64,000 bases of DNA from Botryllus schlosseri (lineage: Eukaryota): assembly GCA_051294905.1 (NCBI GenBank), contig CM119373.1:62001-126000 (forward strand). Direction: 5' to 3'. Positions 41,240 through 54,954 of this stretch are shown here, in pieces (positions within the stretch are counted from its first letter, which is position 1; each line of letters starts with the position of its first letter). The position numbers were made by a program, and so were the translations under genes. The notes below the pieces were generated by a model, which was not told the origin of the DNA, did not search any database, and worked only from the letters and a program-made list of their open reading frames with translations.

Positions 41240-42124
41240 GACAGAAGCCGCCTTCGATAATCTCATGTGCGAGTCGGATATTTTTTCTACCAAAAATAGC
41301 GTGAAATGCCGATCATGGAATTCGGGTTCTGCTACAATTTAATTGTCCGAAATGACCATTACCCAATCTTACGGTGAAGAACCCCAAATGATTTAACTAT
41401 GTCCGATGTATCAATCATATCACGGGCACGAGCAGTGAACACTCAGCAAGATGGTGTAATGATTATGCGTCCGGCTTCTCGATCGGTAGGTCGTGGGTTC
41501 GATCCCCGCAGCTATCCTGCTAGGCGCTCAGCAATCACGGATAGCACGGAGGAGAAAAAACGGGAGCGCAGACTAAATGACCTCAAGGCCGTATCGCAAC
41601 TCCGTTGTCAAAGCATCTTGATGGTACAGGCGAAAAAGAATATCAAATCTCTCTCTCTCACTCTCTCTCTAATATTAATCTCCGGAGATTCTTCTAATAT
41701 ACGTTATTTTTTTAACACTTTTTGCGGGAAAACTAATTGTTTTTATATTTCATCGCACATGGATACACAGCGTATTTGAAAACACTTGCTAAACTTGCTT
41801 TTCGCTAAATAGGGTTTGCATGGTCCTGTCTTAGTAAAAATCCGCGTTAAACTTCAAAAGAAAGACTTTTAGTGACTATTGACCGTGTATACTGTATAGG
41901 ATTTAAGTTACGAATGAATATCGAATAGTCCTAAATATTGAATATGCTACAAACCCCAGATACATGCCTGGCTAACCGTTGTATCAATAATATTGTTGTC
42001 AATAAGTCCATGACGTACAGCCATTTCCCAATGTTACGGTGAGGAACCACAAATGATGTAAGTATGTCTGATCTATTAATGAAGTCATTGGAACGTGCAG
42101 TGACCACTCAGCAATAATAATCTC
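41240..42124 (-). pseudogene. Decayed multi-Ig-domain exon remnants
   Basis: 42038-42124 reads GDYYC*VVTARSNDFINRSDILTSFVVPH, followed by a phase-1 GT. A repeat of this motif ends at 41373; the next acceptor at 41331 begins PEPEF. Confidence 0.45.
41446..41670 (+). mobile_element. tRNA-derived SINE with (CT)n tail
   Basis: A box TGGTGTAATGA (41452), B box GGTTCGATCCC (41496); absent from the paralogous site ~58590; 3' fragment of the same family at ~61226-61305. Confidence 0.85.
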
Positions 42125-42335
42125 CTAAGTTGCTTGTGTAACATGCATATATACCAGGGGTGGCCAAACTGTGACTCCCTAGCGTCATGCGACATTTTGA
42201 GTCTTTGATTGCGGCTCATTATTGACTGCACAAATAGACATACATTACCTCATCTTACCGAGAAGATTAACCTGATTTTATGAACAAATGAATTTATTCA
42301 CGCACTAATAATAATATGCCATTTTATTGCATTCG

Positions 42336-42611
42336 AGTGTTTGTTTGTTTTTGGGGTATTCATGGTGTTTTCGACTACTATGGTCATTTACACCATGCCG
42401 ATATTTTCTTATTTTCCGTAGCTGCCGGACTTATAGCACGGCCCTCCTCTAGGCTTTTGTAAGACACCGCTGACGCGGATGAGGTGGCGAGGAGGAGCCT
42501 AGGTAAACCTCCAACTCTTAGATATCGGAATTCGGAAGTCGACCTCGGTCGGACTCGAACCCGCATCCATTGGTGTTGCAGCCGCGGATTATACCAGTGC
42601 GCTATCTCGCC
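42336..42611 (-). mobile_element. tRNA-derived SINE
   Basis: Minus strand: A box TAGCGCACTGG, B box GGTTCGAGTCC, (AAAC)n tail; flanking direct repeat TTTATTGCATTCG; absent from the paralogous site ~59230. Confidence 0.88.
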
Positions 42612-44011
42612 ACTTTATTGCATTCGTATTGTTGGTTACCTCACGTTTGGAATTTGCAAAAGTTACGCGAATGAGGAGGAGATTTGAACAATTGAACTCT
42701 TGAGTCGAGGTAACATGAGCGTTTCTTGTTAGTCAATAGTAAATTTTGATTAACAATGAAGCTGTTAAAGTGATATTGATAATCAATTTATGATTAATTA
42801 TATTTGATTGGTCACAGTAGCGCAGGTCTCGTTCAACTCCTAGCGGACATTCGTAATAATAATGGCAAACACGTGTGTCTTTGTGGCCAGGCGTCAGCAA
42901 TCATCACAAAAATGGCGGGTTCAAATATCAGTACGGAGCCAGGCACAAAACATTTTTCATGAATCACTCAGGCAAGTCGAGTTACTGAGGAATAACATTA
43001 CGAGTTAAAATCTTCTTTTAATACAGAATAGGAACTATTACCAACTTTCATCTAGGATGCTGACAAAACTACTAAATCCATTTTCATTGTATTATAGAAT
43101 ATCGGCCGGCCCCATTAGTTATCATTCAGTTTCTCACTCTCACTCTCCCTCTCCCTCACTTAAAGTTCACCTAGCTCCCAGATTGAGACTCACACTCACA
43201 GTAACCAGACACCTCAAAACAATCATATTTCGATGATTGAATTATTGTGAGTCGACAAATTAGTATTTTTGAGTTTTTGATTTGCTGATTTCTTAAAACT
43301 GCGTTTTAGGGTATAGGCTAGGCGGATCGACCATGGATCAGGTCTGGCAACTCCTCATGAATATACATCGATGTAAATTCGCCCAATGGATGTGCATGGA
43401 AACGAAAGCGCTTCAATCACCTATTATTTGCGCAGTGTTAGGGCTGGCGTCGGCTTTTTTTTATACAAAACTAAGCTCCATGATAGGGACATTGATGAAT
43501 ATGCCAGGATAATGGCCAACCATATGTACAATTTGCGATTGCCCAAAGCAATTGTACATCTGTTTGAAACCGCAACGAGTCGGATGAACTTACGCAGCCA
43601 TGATTTTCACGTAATAAGGTATTGCTTTCTTTCACGTCAATTTGAAACATCTTCTACGTGGTAATCTTCGATATAAGGACTTTCATAGAATAGTATGACC
43701 AACAACAAGTCATAGAAGATAACTGTAATTGGTTTTATGACGTCTGGAACGGAATATAAAATGGTTGATATTCGAGGCGTTCATTCACGGAACATCATTA
43801 CAAATTCAATTTTGCGGGAAACGTTTTTCCGTGTACAATCTGCATTTCAAGCAGGATATACATTGATATAATAGGTTGTACATGGTCTTATGTATGCGTA
43901 TTCATAATAGCTATCCATGTAAATCGATTGTTACAGTTTAGAAACTAATGCAGATCGAGTTATCTTAGAATAAATAACGACTCATCCGTGTTAAACAATC
44001 GCGGTCCAGTA

Positions 44012-46310
44012 CAGAGTTGGATCAAATGTAATTTGTAATTTAGTTGAATGTAATAAATTACATTTTTTCATGTAATTGTACTTGTAATTGTAATTGAAGC
44101 ATTTTTATTTGGGGTAATTGCAATTGTAATTTGATCAAAATTTTGCTCAATTACAATCTCAATTACATTTTCATGGAAACCTGACAAACACAACATAAAA
44201 TAATGAATTAATCAATCATTTATTCGTCGCACCAGTGAAAATCCGGTAGGAACCAGGATGACGACGAGGGGCCTTAAGGCCTTAGTAAACCAGTGTTGGG
44301 ATCAAGTCACTACCTTGGAGTCATTTCGAGTCATTGCACATTTTGACCCGAGTCAAGTCAAGTCAATCGATTTTCGAAGGTGATTTGAGTCAAGTCGAGT
44401 CAGTCGATTTTCGGAGATGACTCGAGTCAAGTCGAGTCAAGTCATGTCACGAGTCAAGTCACAATTCAAGTCAAATTGCCTTTTCGAGGCATGGTTACGT
44501 CATTGTATTTTGCTAGCTGTCTGATATACAGATTGAGTGGTCATTGATTTTGAATCCATGAACGAATATAGAGTTAAATATACACGCAAGTAAGGCACTC
44601 TATCGCTCACGTAAAAGTAAAACTAATAAATTATTAAAGTAATTGCACAGCCTCAGTTTATAGTAACCAACCAAAATGGAGAATAGAGAAACGAATTGAT
44701 AAGATGCAATACATTACCATTTTGCAAATTGATATGATACAATTTGAGCCTGCGCGAATGGTTGAGGACTATATAAACTATTTACGACTTCAATTTCAAT
44801 AAAACATCGTTGAATGATTGGTAGCTCTCACGCGCGAACATATGTAAGATACAGTGTTTTTTATCGACACCGATTACTTGATAACTTGAAATTGGCTCGT
44901 GAATTTGGCTCCAAGTCACGAGTCAATCCACATTTCTGCCGATTCAAGTGAAGTCAAGTTACTTTACAAAAATGACTCGAGTCATCCCCACACTGTAGTA
45001 AACTGTCACCACATGTAATGATTAGCCTATTTACATCGGTGTTCTATGCGTGCTGCGTTATAACTTAATAATTCAGTCACGCTAAACTGTTTCCCATACT
45101 TCAGTAGCAACAGAAAACTTTGTGAATTGCAATATAGGCTAAACCAGTGATTCTCAAACTAGCGGCGTGCCCCATTGGGCGGCGTGAAAGCATCTGGACG
45201 GTGCACGACGCTCCAGTGAACTGAAATATTTTCCGCGCTTGGCCCGATTCACCTCCGTTTTATGGTTATATTGCTCGGTGTATAGTCTGAATTTCGAATT
45301 GGAGAATACTCTCATCAAGAGTCATTCATAACCTTCCATACCATCAAACTATATGTAAGGATTGTTAACTTTCTGGTTTCATTGTGTGATATGACGATAA
45401 GGGGGGCACGAAATATTCACTGTCATAAAGGGCGGCGTGTCTAAAAAAGTTAGAGAAACCTAATATATCAAAAATGGTTGAACAGCAAATAAACTCTTCT
45501 GAAACCTGTGCTGAACCATTTCCTACACCACGGTCCAAATTTTATTAATCTTTTTGCACCAATAGGGTTAGCACCAATAGCCAAACAAAAATAAGTTTCC
45601 AATCAATTAAGACTTCCTCAAACTTGATCACGCATTAGTAGAGATGTTATCCCAATCTTACCTCCAATCTTGGCCAAATTTACTAGGTCCAGAAACTTTT
45701 TGCACCCTAATGTTCATATAATGCAATCCAACAGTTTCCGAGCAAGTGAAAATGTAAATGCGAACCAAAATATTGTAATTCTTAGTTATCAGGAGGTTCT
45801 TTACTTTTGCATTCATTTTAATTTTACGCACCTTATCGGTATCATCCTTATCGCTGACGCCTTACCAATTACATTTCATTATCCTGACTCAGCTCTGAGT
45901 AGCCTAATCGTTTGATTACATTTCATGGACTGTCCTGTAGCTTATTCGCTGTTAGTCGCTCAAACCTTTGGCTCTTAACAGTCGCTTGAAACTCTTTTCT
46001 GTGCTTGTAGTTTTCAGTACTCATGATTAGGAATAGTTCGAATACGTTCGAGTTTTTTTTTAATTGAAGGGTAATCTACATATCAGGAATGAAACATGAA
46101 TAGCTTGAAATTGTTGCTAATTACGTCACCACGGTTGTCAAAGAACACCTGTTTACTGAATCAATTACCTGTTTCAAAGTAATTATAATTGTAATTATAA
46201 TTGTAATTATTACTTGTTTAACAGTAATTGTAATTGTAATTTAAACATGCAAGGAAGTATTGTAACTGTAATTGAAATTGAATTAAAATATTGTAATTGA
46301 TCCAACTCTG
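44012..46310. mobile_element. Non-autonomous hAT-type element with GTAATT subterminal repeats
   Basis: TIRs CAGAGTTGGATCAA / TTGATCCAACTCTG; perfect TSD GTCCAGTA. Confidence 0.93.
44291..44995. mobile_element. hAT MITE (GAGTCAAGTC repeats) nested in 44012-46310
   Basis: TIRs CAGTGTTGGGAT / ATCCCCACACTG; perfect TSD TAGTAAAC; empty site visible at ~60457-60464; partial inverted relative at ~33315-33481. Confidence 0.93.
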
Positions 46311-49300
46311 GTCCAGTATACTGAACAGCCTGTCGAAAAATGTTAATATACGCCTCACATCACTTGTCAAATATACGGTAAGTCATTTTGACGCCCGCCA
46401 TCTCCGAGCCAGGACACACAAATCATATATTACACGAAGAACCCCCAGAAGATAGCCGACGATGTAACACTAGCTGAAATTGATCGCCGCTTGCAGGCGG
46501 AAATTTTCTATATTCATATCCCGAAAACAAATTTGTATGCAATCCGAATACCGCGGTGCAAATGCGAGTCGCAGCATATGATATATATATCCAAGTAGCT
46601 ATATTATTGACCTAATTCGTTCGCTATACATTCGAAATATTTTCGCCCCCTTGTCGCGGATGGACATGAACGAACACTGATTGTTCATGACATAACCATA
46701 AAATATATTCATGCGCAGTATGCTTTCCCATTTACCTAATTCGACACACTCCTATATGATGACTAAAATAAATTTCGTCAACACTCGAGTGTTCAGCCCA
46801 AAGGTTATGAAAACCGTTTGTCGCTCTTTGGTCAAAAGATTGACAATACTTCCTAACATAACTGAATTCGATAACGCGATTTTTAGGACATGCTAAACAA
46901 ATCCAGGAAAATTGAAACCATTGAATGAAATTATTAGGGTAAATAGTTAAGATCAGGTGTCACATGCGCAGCGTCCGCTGACCTCAGGTCGGCTATAAAG
47001 ACCAAAGGAGTCACCCTTGATGGCACTATAAAATGTTCGAATGGGATTTTTGAGGACTGAACTGGAGAATTATTCCATGTGAACTTCAATTGATCATGGG
47101 TCAGTCAACCCCGAAGGGCATGCGAATGCAACTTTCTATCGGGGGCGTTGCTTGTCTTCGCCCCCGCGTTCTCCATATGGGAATCTAGTTAAATATCCAT
47201 CAGTCTCGACGCGGAGATTAGCGCTTCAGCGCCCAGTGCGGCTAAGCAACTGAACTCGGTGACGCTGGTAGGAATCCAAGAAACAGATATTATTTCTTGG
47301 TAAGGAGCAAAACCCTGAACCTCAAAGTGAAGGAATTAAATCGGACACTGGTTAACAAATGGAGAAACAGGTAGCCCTTCGCGTTATTTAGCGCCCATGA
47401 AGTATAGGTCTTTGTTTCTAAAAGGTTGGTGAACCCTGGTTTGGACTGTCCGAATTGTGCATTACTCTTATTGATATGCGTTAGAAAGTTACACGATCAA
47501 CACCGTACGAGCGAAATCGATTCCGGGGGTTGTGTAACTTTACCTGAAGTACTCAATTCACTATGCTCCTATTGTAGACACTTGATAAATCTTGCAAATA
47601 CTTTGTAACATATAGTGATTATAGACCATCGCGTATCAGTACGTTATCGGTGATGAAAGTTACTAGACATTTAGAACGATAATATTAATAGCAAGCCAAG
47701 CTCGTTTGAAATGATGATCATGCTGACTGACCAGAACGCATGATTAAAACAGAACCGAAGTAACTATGTGCGATACGCATTTAATATTTATATGCGATTA
47801 CAACAATCTACAATACAGCTATCGACTAATTGCTATCTTGATGTAAATATAGTCGAGTGAATAACTTGTATCCTCGACTGCTGCATATAAGACCTACCAG
47901 AACATAGTCTAAATTGGGATCGAGAAAAATTAGAACTCGAGAATATTCATTTGCGATTTTAAGGATTGATATTCCTGTCATCTGCTCGAAACGCATGAAT
48001 CGCAAACACGGTATAGATATATCCGGATTGACTATGTCTACATTTGTAGCACATGGGCGCTGTACCAAAGTTGGTTCGTCAGCATTTCACGAAATGCGAA
48101 TACCACATTCAGCAAACGTGCTATTGACAGAGTAATGACGTGAATGTATACAACGCAAGGCGTATAGGCCTACATCTGGTAACATAGACTCAAGCTTGGG
48201 TGACGCTTCCCATCATTGCTGCTCGTGTAGCTTTTGGAGATTGAGCGAACGATATATATGTAGCGGGTAAGTAAACACTATCGAATGTGACGCCTATAAT
48301 ATAACATTTACTTCTTAAATCTTACTCAGCATTATCGAAGTATTGTGATGGATATTGTTACAGTGGTCAGTATAATCAGATTCCATTATTCCGGACTCCA
48401 CAATTCTGTACTAATTTCCAGTACACGACAATGTCTTACATGAATTTGATACCGCTGCTACGTAACAGTTTGTAGACGGAAATGCTTTCGCATGCGTAAT
48501 TCTGATGATCTGCTCACCTCCTGTTTTAAACATGCAGCAAGTAGAAAATAGCAGCAACCTATCGACGATAAGTAGGGCTTGGCACAATGATCCGAGAACT
48601 CGAATCTGAATTGAGTATTAATTTTAAAGATTCGAGTCAAGTGGTAAAATACGATTTTTTCGAGTACTGAAATAATATGCTCCTTGGCACTAACAGTTAA
48701 TTTATCATCGGGAATTTGAGTTTCGACTGAGCAAGCGTTGAAATCGTGATTGGCCGTGTCGCAGCATACGAGACATAGTACAAAGCTACGAACGTTACTG
48801 GAAATAACATATTTCCGAAATCATGGTCAAGAAATGCAATGAATATCGGTATGGTCGAAAAAATACCATGACGGATAACTATGACCGGCATTATGTTATT
48901 TGTGGTGGCATAAAACGTGTACATATTCGGATTCTTGACATAGTACAATTTGTTATGACGTCATAATGATCACATATCCCGATAATTCACATATACCTCC
49001 GACTTGAGGTCATCAATGGTTCAACTAGCTACGACTTGACAAGTTGCGCTTGTATCAGAAACACAGATAACGATCACAGGTCGCTAAGACGGCAATAACA
49101 AGGCATTAAGTCTTGTCGTAGAATGTCCAGCAATGGGTTAAAGTATGGCTATTATAAAGTTGGGTCTGCCTCCCTATAAAATCAGTTTCAGAATCTTACA
49201 AGATAGGTGAAACTAGCTATCAGCCCGAGATATCGTCTACATCAGAACACCTTCAGCTTAGACCACTTAAAACTGAAACGGCATTTATACAAAAGTATGT

Positions 49301-51140
49301 ACGCTGAAAAATTTCCTACCACACTCTAATGGAAATGGGATGGTTTAATTCTGCAGGGTGTTCTGAAAGGTCCTCTAAAAATACAGGGCTATAGCAGAAC
49401 CGGAATCACCAGCTGTCGGCTCGGATGGCCTGTGCATTCTTTCAGATCCAACCCGATCGTCCAGCCTTAATAGCTTGAAACCGATTATTACTTCCGCAGT
49501 GTACGTTCTCAGTCACAAAATTTCTGATAGTTAACCTCACCGACTCCCAGCCGACGGTTGCATGTAGCCCGCCAGGACACATACCCGACGAAAACATGTT
49601 ATTGAAACGGTGTACTGAGTGGGGCAGAAGATGTTGCAATTTTTTAGCGCCTACCAATTTAGAAATATAACCCTCGTGGAAAATTGGCAAATTTCGAGTT
49701 GGTGACCACAAGGAAGGTTTTGAGGCTATTCTATTCTTTCGAAACCAATCGTCCGCAACGTAACAGCCTATAGCAGTGGTTCCCAAACTTTTTCGGTGTG
49801 AGGGCCAAATTTAGAATTTCAGAGTACGGTCGGGGCCGCACGAATACTGCGGCTATGAAACGGACCCGAACAGTTATCATGGCTATTTCGGAGTAGTTGC
49901 CCTGTGAGATATCAAAACTGTACACTGTTTACCGCTACTTATCTGCTTCATTGGGTGTCCGTTGATTGAATCAGCTTTTCTCGCCTAAACGCGCGAAGCG
50001 CGAGAAATTTCCTTAGTTTCATGAGTGAATCGGTCAATATGATCGCGAATTTCATGTATTGCTATCAATTTTCATCTTGTCTCTGTTCACGTAATATGAT
50101 TTAACGGTAGAGCAGAAAGTGAGGTGTGTTGAAAAGGTATGGACCCTCTCAAAAGTAATTAAACATCTCCGGGGGTATACCCGTTGGCAGGAACGTAACA
50201 GCACTTCGTCGGGACCCCGGGCTCCCATAGGGTGATAAACTGACCCTGCATCACGTTGTTCGCTTTTGCCACGAAATTAAAGTTGTACTGTTTAGAGAGA
50301 CAGCGCGACGCGCTAATATTTCGATAATTCATGATAAAATCGGCGAATAAGATCGGGAATTGCGTGGTTGTCCTCTTTGCCCACGTAATCAGATTTACCA
50401 GTAGAGCTGAGTGAGAGGTGTCTTTGAAACTGCAGACCCCGTAAAATTAAACATCTTCGGACGCGCGGACCCCTAGGTATGACTTCTTTACATCATGTTA
50501 TTTCGTGACCTCCTTGTCTGCTATATCAAAAAATGTAGGATTGCGTAAACCTACTAAACAACTAAACTGAAAGATCACACGATTTGAGATTGGTATTTCT
50601 TCACTGGCATATAATTTTCTTTCGTATGGGATGATATTGGTCTTGTGAGGTTCGGATTGCCAAGACAAGAACATTCGGATCCAGTCATTTAGGCGCCTAT
50701 ATGGACAATAAAACCCATCTGTATTTTGTATATATAACGTACTTTTTGCTATTTCGAAGGTTTTGGACAGCATAAAAGCAGTCCTTTACGGCCAAGGCTT
50801 TCTCGCTGCCAATCGTTCTGTCACACTTCTTGGAGTCACTTGGTACATGGCCTAAAACTTTTTATGTCTTGGTGCGTTGTGGTGCGGTCATGGTCAACGC
50901 TGATATGCCCATTTCTACAAATCTTGCGTATTTTTTTTCTTGGGGAAGAGTACCCCATAATCAAGATATGTGGCGAATTGAAATCGCGCATTGCACGAAA
51001 AGTTTTTGAAAAAGTTGCATAAATTTTCAAAAAATGCTCTATAATTTATGCTAAATCACGAAATAATTTGGCCCCCCTTTGAGCTCGGTCCTCTTGAGTT
51101 GGGGGTTTGGGGTGCGGCAGTTACGGCAATGACTATAGGA

Positions 51141-51894
51141 CAGGGCCGGCCTACCCGTGGCCCGCGGGCCACATGTGGCCCGCGAGAAGGTTTTGAGTGG
51201 CCCGCGAGGTAATTTCCGAAAACTTGCATTGTACAGATTGCACAGATTGTGAACTTGAAAGGCCAACCAAAAATTTGATTAGTCTGGCCGCAACACTTGA
51301 GATGTGATGACTAAATTATCAGTTCCGAGGCATTGACAGTTCAATCAGCTATTCACATATTGGTATATCTTCGTACACTACAATAAAGCAAGACAATTTG
51401 CGATAGATTTATCAAAGGTAAAAATTTTCTACAAGCTTGGCGCAACATGTTGTCACTCGAGTTCTTGTTTTTAATATTGTTGCCGTTTTGTGAAAATGGA
51501 AGAAGACCTATTGTATCAGATTGAGTTGCCGTTTTGTGAAAATGGAAGAACACCTATTGTATCAGATTGAGTCTAACTATATTCGCGATCACGAGACAAA
51601 GTGTCGTTCAACATATGCGTCATCGCGTTTGCGCGCGCAGTAAGACTATGAAACCTTGGCATGAAATGATTGATGCATGTTGGTCGCATCTTTCGATATC
51701 GATATGTCCATGCGCCGAATAGCCCAGTCCTCGCAAACTTAGCCCAGAGATGTACACCAGGCCCGCAATATAGTTAAGTGACAATATTATTGACCTATGA
51801 ACTTTAAAAAATTCGCGCTTCGCGCGGCTAGTGGCCCGCACAATAATTCGTCAATCGAATGTGGCCCGTTGGCTGAAAAGGTTGGCCAGCCCTG
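51141..51894. mobile_element. hAT (Charlie-like) MITE
   Basis: TIRs CAGGGCCGGCCTACC / GGTTGGCCAGCCCTG; perfect TSD CTATAGGA; internal ~46-bp tandem duplication at ~51480-51572. Confidence 0.9.
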
Positions 51895-53064
51895 CTATAG
51901 GACTTCTAATTATGCTGCTTTAAGCCGGCTAAGCAGTATGCATCTCGGCGTATTCAACCGTGAGTCACGTAATGCATATCTAGTTATCATAGTGTTAACA
52001 TACGTCCTCTTTTAAGATGATTTGTTATCTTTTTTGATTTTTTTTAAAGTGTCCTTGGATGACGCCGAAATGTCTTCTTTTTTGAGATTGTGTCTTTTTT
52101 TTAGGATTTTGGTTACATATCGGGCCAAATTCGACTGATATACATCGAGTCAGCACTGTTGGAACGCTACGGCGGCTATTTCGGGAGCTGGACCGGGAAG
52201 TTGACTTTTTTTCAGTCAACCACCTCTTAATGTGAAAGAAAACTGTATTTCCTGGGAGTTGAGCCTCTTTTTCTTTTTTAGTCAAGCGACCACTAAGTGG
52301 GAAAAATTTACCATTTTTTCAAGATTTTCCTCCGGTTATGAAAGTTATCAATACTCATTTTATATCTATAGCTACTGCTCGTTCAACTGGCAAATTAGGA
52401 CACATTGCATTGAAACAGCAGTGACGTAACGTTAGCAGTCTATACTCACAACCTTCCTGCAATTCTATAATTAAAAACTACAGAGGCCAAGCCAGGCAAG
52501 GGTATTTCATAAATATTATAAATCTTTTAAATTTTTTGTCATAAATCGATTTCTTAATATATTTCGGGGGCCGCAAGACGGCTGTCTGGTGGCCGCATGC
52601 GGCCCTCGGGGCCGCGCTTGGGAATCACTGGCCTATAGCATAGATACCAAAGTATAGTGTATTATAGTTACGTTGCGGACGATGAGTTTCGAATGGATGA
52701 AATGTTGATGGTAACACATAGCTCCAGAGATTGAAATACTCGTTCCTATCGTTACGGTACCATGATATGATACGTTACGCCGTGGTGCGTAATCGGGTAA
52801 GAAGGGAAGTATGCCCGATCGATTTACATCAGGTATGCGATAACAATGGCAGGCCATGCGCATGCGGCCCGTGACGACTGTCGGTGCGACCCCCGAAAGC
52901 TCGAAGGAATTTACATTGACACTAGTAGCAATCGATAGATATTAATTTCGAAAACACTGTTAGAAAATTTAGTATTCCCGTATTTTGAAAGACCAATCAC
53001 AGATACTCATAATATTGGTGTAAAATTAATTTGCGGTCGGTAATATATGATTCAGCAAGCATTT

Positions 53065-53320
53065 TGTTATGTTCGTGCATTTACGTTCGGTGTCGTACAA
53101 CTCTTTCTTTCTATAGGATTAGTAATTTCAGCCAATCATTATTTCCTCGTGTGTCATGCTTGTATTTATACCCTGTGTTCTGTTGTCTCGTGGTCTTTTC
53201 ATTTAACTGAACTCTGGATCGTGTCGCCTGTCTTAAAGTCATACTGCTGATAATATACTGATTCTGTATTGCAACCTCGTCGCATTGAGTTATTGTTCGA
53301 ACAAGATCAAGAACATAACA
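53065..53320 (+). repeat. 5' LTR (256 bp)
   Basis: TGTTATGTTC...GAACATAACA perfect 10-bp terminal inverted repeat. Confidence 0.96.
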
Positions 53321-53322
53321 AT

Positions 53323-53342
53323 TGGTGTCAGAAGTCGGATTC
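53323..53342 (+). promoter_or_regulatory. Primer binding site, tRNA-Leu(CAA)-like
   Basis: TGGTGTCAGAAGTCGGATTC, 2 nt after the LTR, complementary to the ...ACTTCTGACACCA 3' end of tRNA-Leu(CAA). Confidence 0.85.
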
Positions 53343-53370
53343 ATAGTTATTTCTGCGACGAAGATAAAGC

Positions 53371-54954
53371 ATGGATTCAGGTATATTGAAGCTGCTCGAG
53401 AAGCAGCAGGCAATGATGGCGAGCCTACATGAAACAATGGCAAATCAAAAAGCACAGTTGGAGCAACAACACGCACAGCATAAAGAAGAAATGGAACAGT
53501 TAACGCAGAGGTTGAGTCCCGGTACATCAACATCAGAAGCTACCGCTCCCAAATTTGGTTCGTTCGTAAAATCAAAGGAGAAATGGGACCAGTATCTACA
53601 ACGTTTCAACCATCACCTTGCAATTTACGGCATTTCCAACATGGAGAAGAAAAGAGCGTGTCTACTCTCATGGGTCGGACCTGAAACGTACTCGCTCCTA
53701 CGTAATTTGTTTGGTGCTGCTGATGTCAGTGCGCAAACCTTCGACGCGTTGACTGAGAAGTTGTCTACACACTTCAAGGATTCAATTCATGTGCAAGCAG
53801 CCAGGTACGAATTTTACAATTGCAAAATGCAGCCGGGGCAATCGTATGCAGATTGGATCGCTACTCTACGCGGAATCTCCAAGGATTGCAACTTCACATG
53901 CTCAAGAGAAGACTGTGATCAGAGCTACGTTGATGAGCTAATGCGCGATCTCATCATTAAAGAAACGCCGCACGCGGATGTGAGACGGCATTGTCTAACA
54001 CAAACCAATCCATCCCTCGACGAAGTTCTCAAAGTAGCCGCAACATACGTGAGAACGCTGGAAACCGATAGGGTTATCCAGGGCGAGAGTAGCGGAAAAG
54101 ACACTTCCATCGTCAACAAAATGACGGGAAGTTATCAGAAGGGGAAAAAACCTTCCAAATCCATCCAAGGCAACTTCCCGGAAAGACTGAAATCCTGCAG
54201 CCGCTGTTTCATCGATCACCAGAGAAAAGACTGTCAATATCGACATGCAGTATGTCAGAAATGTGGTCGTAAAGGTCATATCAAACCTGTGTGCATGTCT
54301 ACCAAACCTAGTATCACGCAACAGGTCACATCTGTCAATTTCTGCTCAGTGCCGCTTCTCTCCTTCGACATCGATCAACTATATCGACGCGTAGGAAACC
54401 AGCTCTGGATCAACTCCAGCATCAACGGCATTCCGTTGCCGACACAGTGGGACACTGGTGCACCCTCCGCCATGGTGGGATTGACTGGGTTCAAAACTTT
54501 GGGCTCTCCGAAACTCTCAGCATACCATTGCTCTTTCGTAGCGTACGGCGACAAGCCACTGAAAGTGAAAGGTATTTGCACTGTAACCGTGCAGGTGGGT
54601 TCTGAAGTTCGAGTTGGCTTAGAATTGGTAGTTCTCGACGAACACCGTGGGCAAAACATTTTTGGTCTCGATTGGAGCGATGCTTTCTCCATGACCACTA
54701 AGGGAACGTCTGCTTTGGATGCAATTTCCTCGCAGATGGTCAAATCGCAATCATGTAATACTATTGACATTTGTGATTCGAACGAGAAATTGGTAGCTTT
54801 TGAGTCCAAATTTCCCTCCGTTTTCTCTAATGTATTAGGACGATGCACCAAGACCAAAGTGACAATTCATTTGAAAGCTAATGCCAAGCCCGTGTTTAAC
54901 AAGCCACACGTCCTTTGCCTTTCGCAAGGCAAATCGCTGTTCAAACCGAATTGA
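53371..54954 (+). CDS. gag: Gag plus aspartic protease (5' part of gag-pol)
   Basis: Two zinc knuckles CSRCFIDHQRKDC and CQKCGRKGHIKPVC; protease motif WDTGA; FGLDW motif. Confidence 0.93.
   Translation: MDSGILKLLEKQQAMMASLHETMANQKAQLEQQHAQHKEEMEQLTQRLSPGTSTSEATAPKFGSFVKSKEKWDQYLQRFNHHLAIYGISNMEKKRACLLSWVGPETYSLLRNLFGAADVSAQTFDALTEKLSTHFKDSIHVQAARYEFYNCKMQPGQSYADWIATLRGISKDCNFTCSREDCDQSYVDELMRDLIIKETPHADVRRHCLTQTNPSLDEVLKVAATYVRTLETDRVIQGESSGKDTSIVNKMTGSYQKGKKPSKSIQGNFPERLKSCSRCFIDHQRKDCQYRHAVCQKCGRKGHIKPVCMSTKPSITQQVTSVNFCSVPLLSFDIDQLYRRVGNQLWINSSINGIPLPTQWDTGAPSAMVGLTGFKTLGSPKLSAYHCSFVAYGDKPLKVKGICTVTVQVGSEVRVGLELVVLDEHRGQNIFGLDWSDAFSMTTKGTSALDAISSQMVKSQSCNTIDICDSNEKLVAFESKFPSVFSNVLGRCTKTKVTIHLKANAKPVFNKPHVLCLSQGKSLFKPN

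Larger units (their letters stand above)
41240..43430 (+). repeat. Old segmental duplication, paralog of ~58393-60030
   Basis: Colinear diverged similarity by eye. Two SINEs are present only in this copy. A further paralogous block 46340-46500 matches 62590-62750. Confidence 0.88.

Noticed and set aside
41446..41520. tRNA genes at ~41450, ~42540-42611, ~29870-29936 and ~31345-31410
   Set aside because: A/B boxes continue into SINE bodies and tails, acceptor stems are not intact, and empty paralogous sites exist for two of them.
43386..43664. ORF resembling an L2/CR1-type LINE C-terminus
   Set aside because: Only a vague pattern; no diagnostic RT motif or tail.
54895..54954. Programmed -1 ribosomal frameshift
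   Set aside because: No X XXY YYZ slippery site; better explained by a CA duplication.
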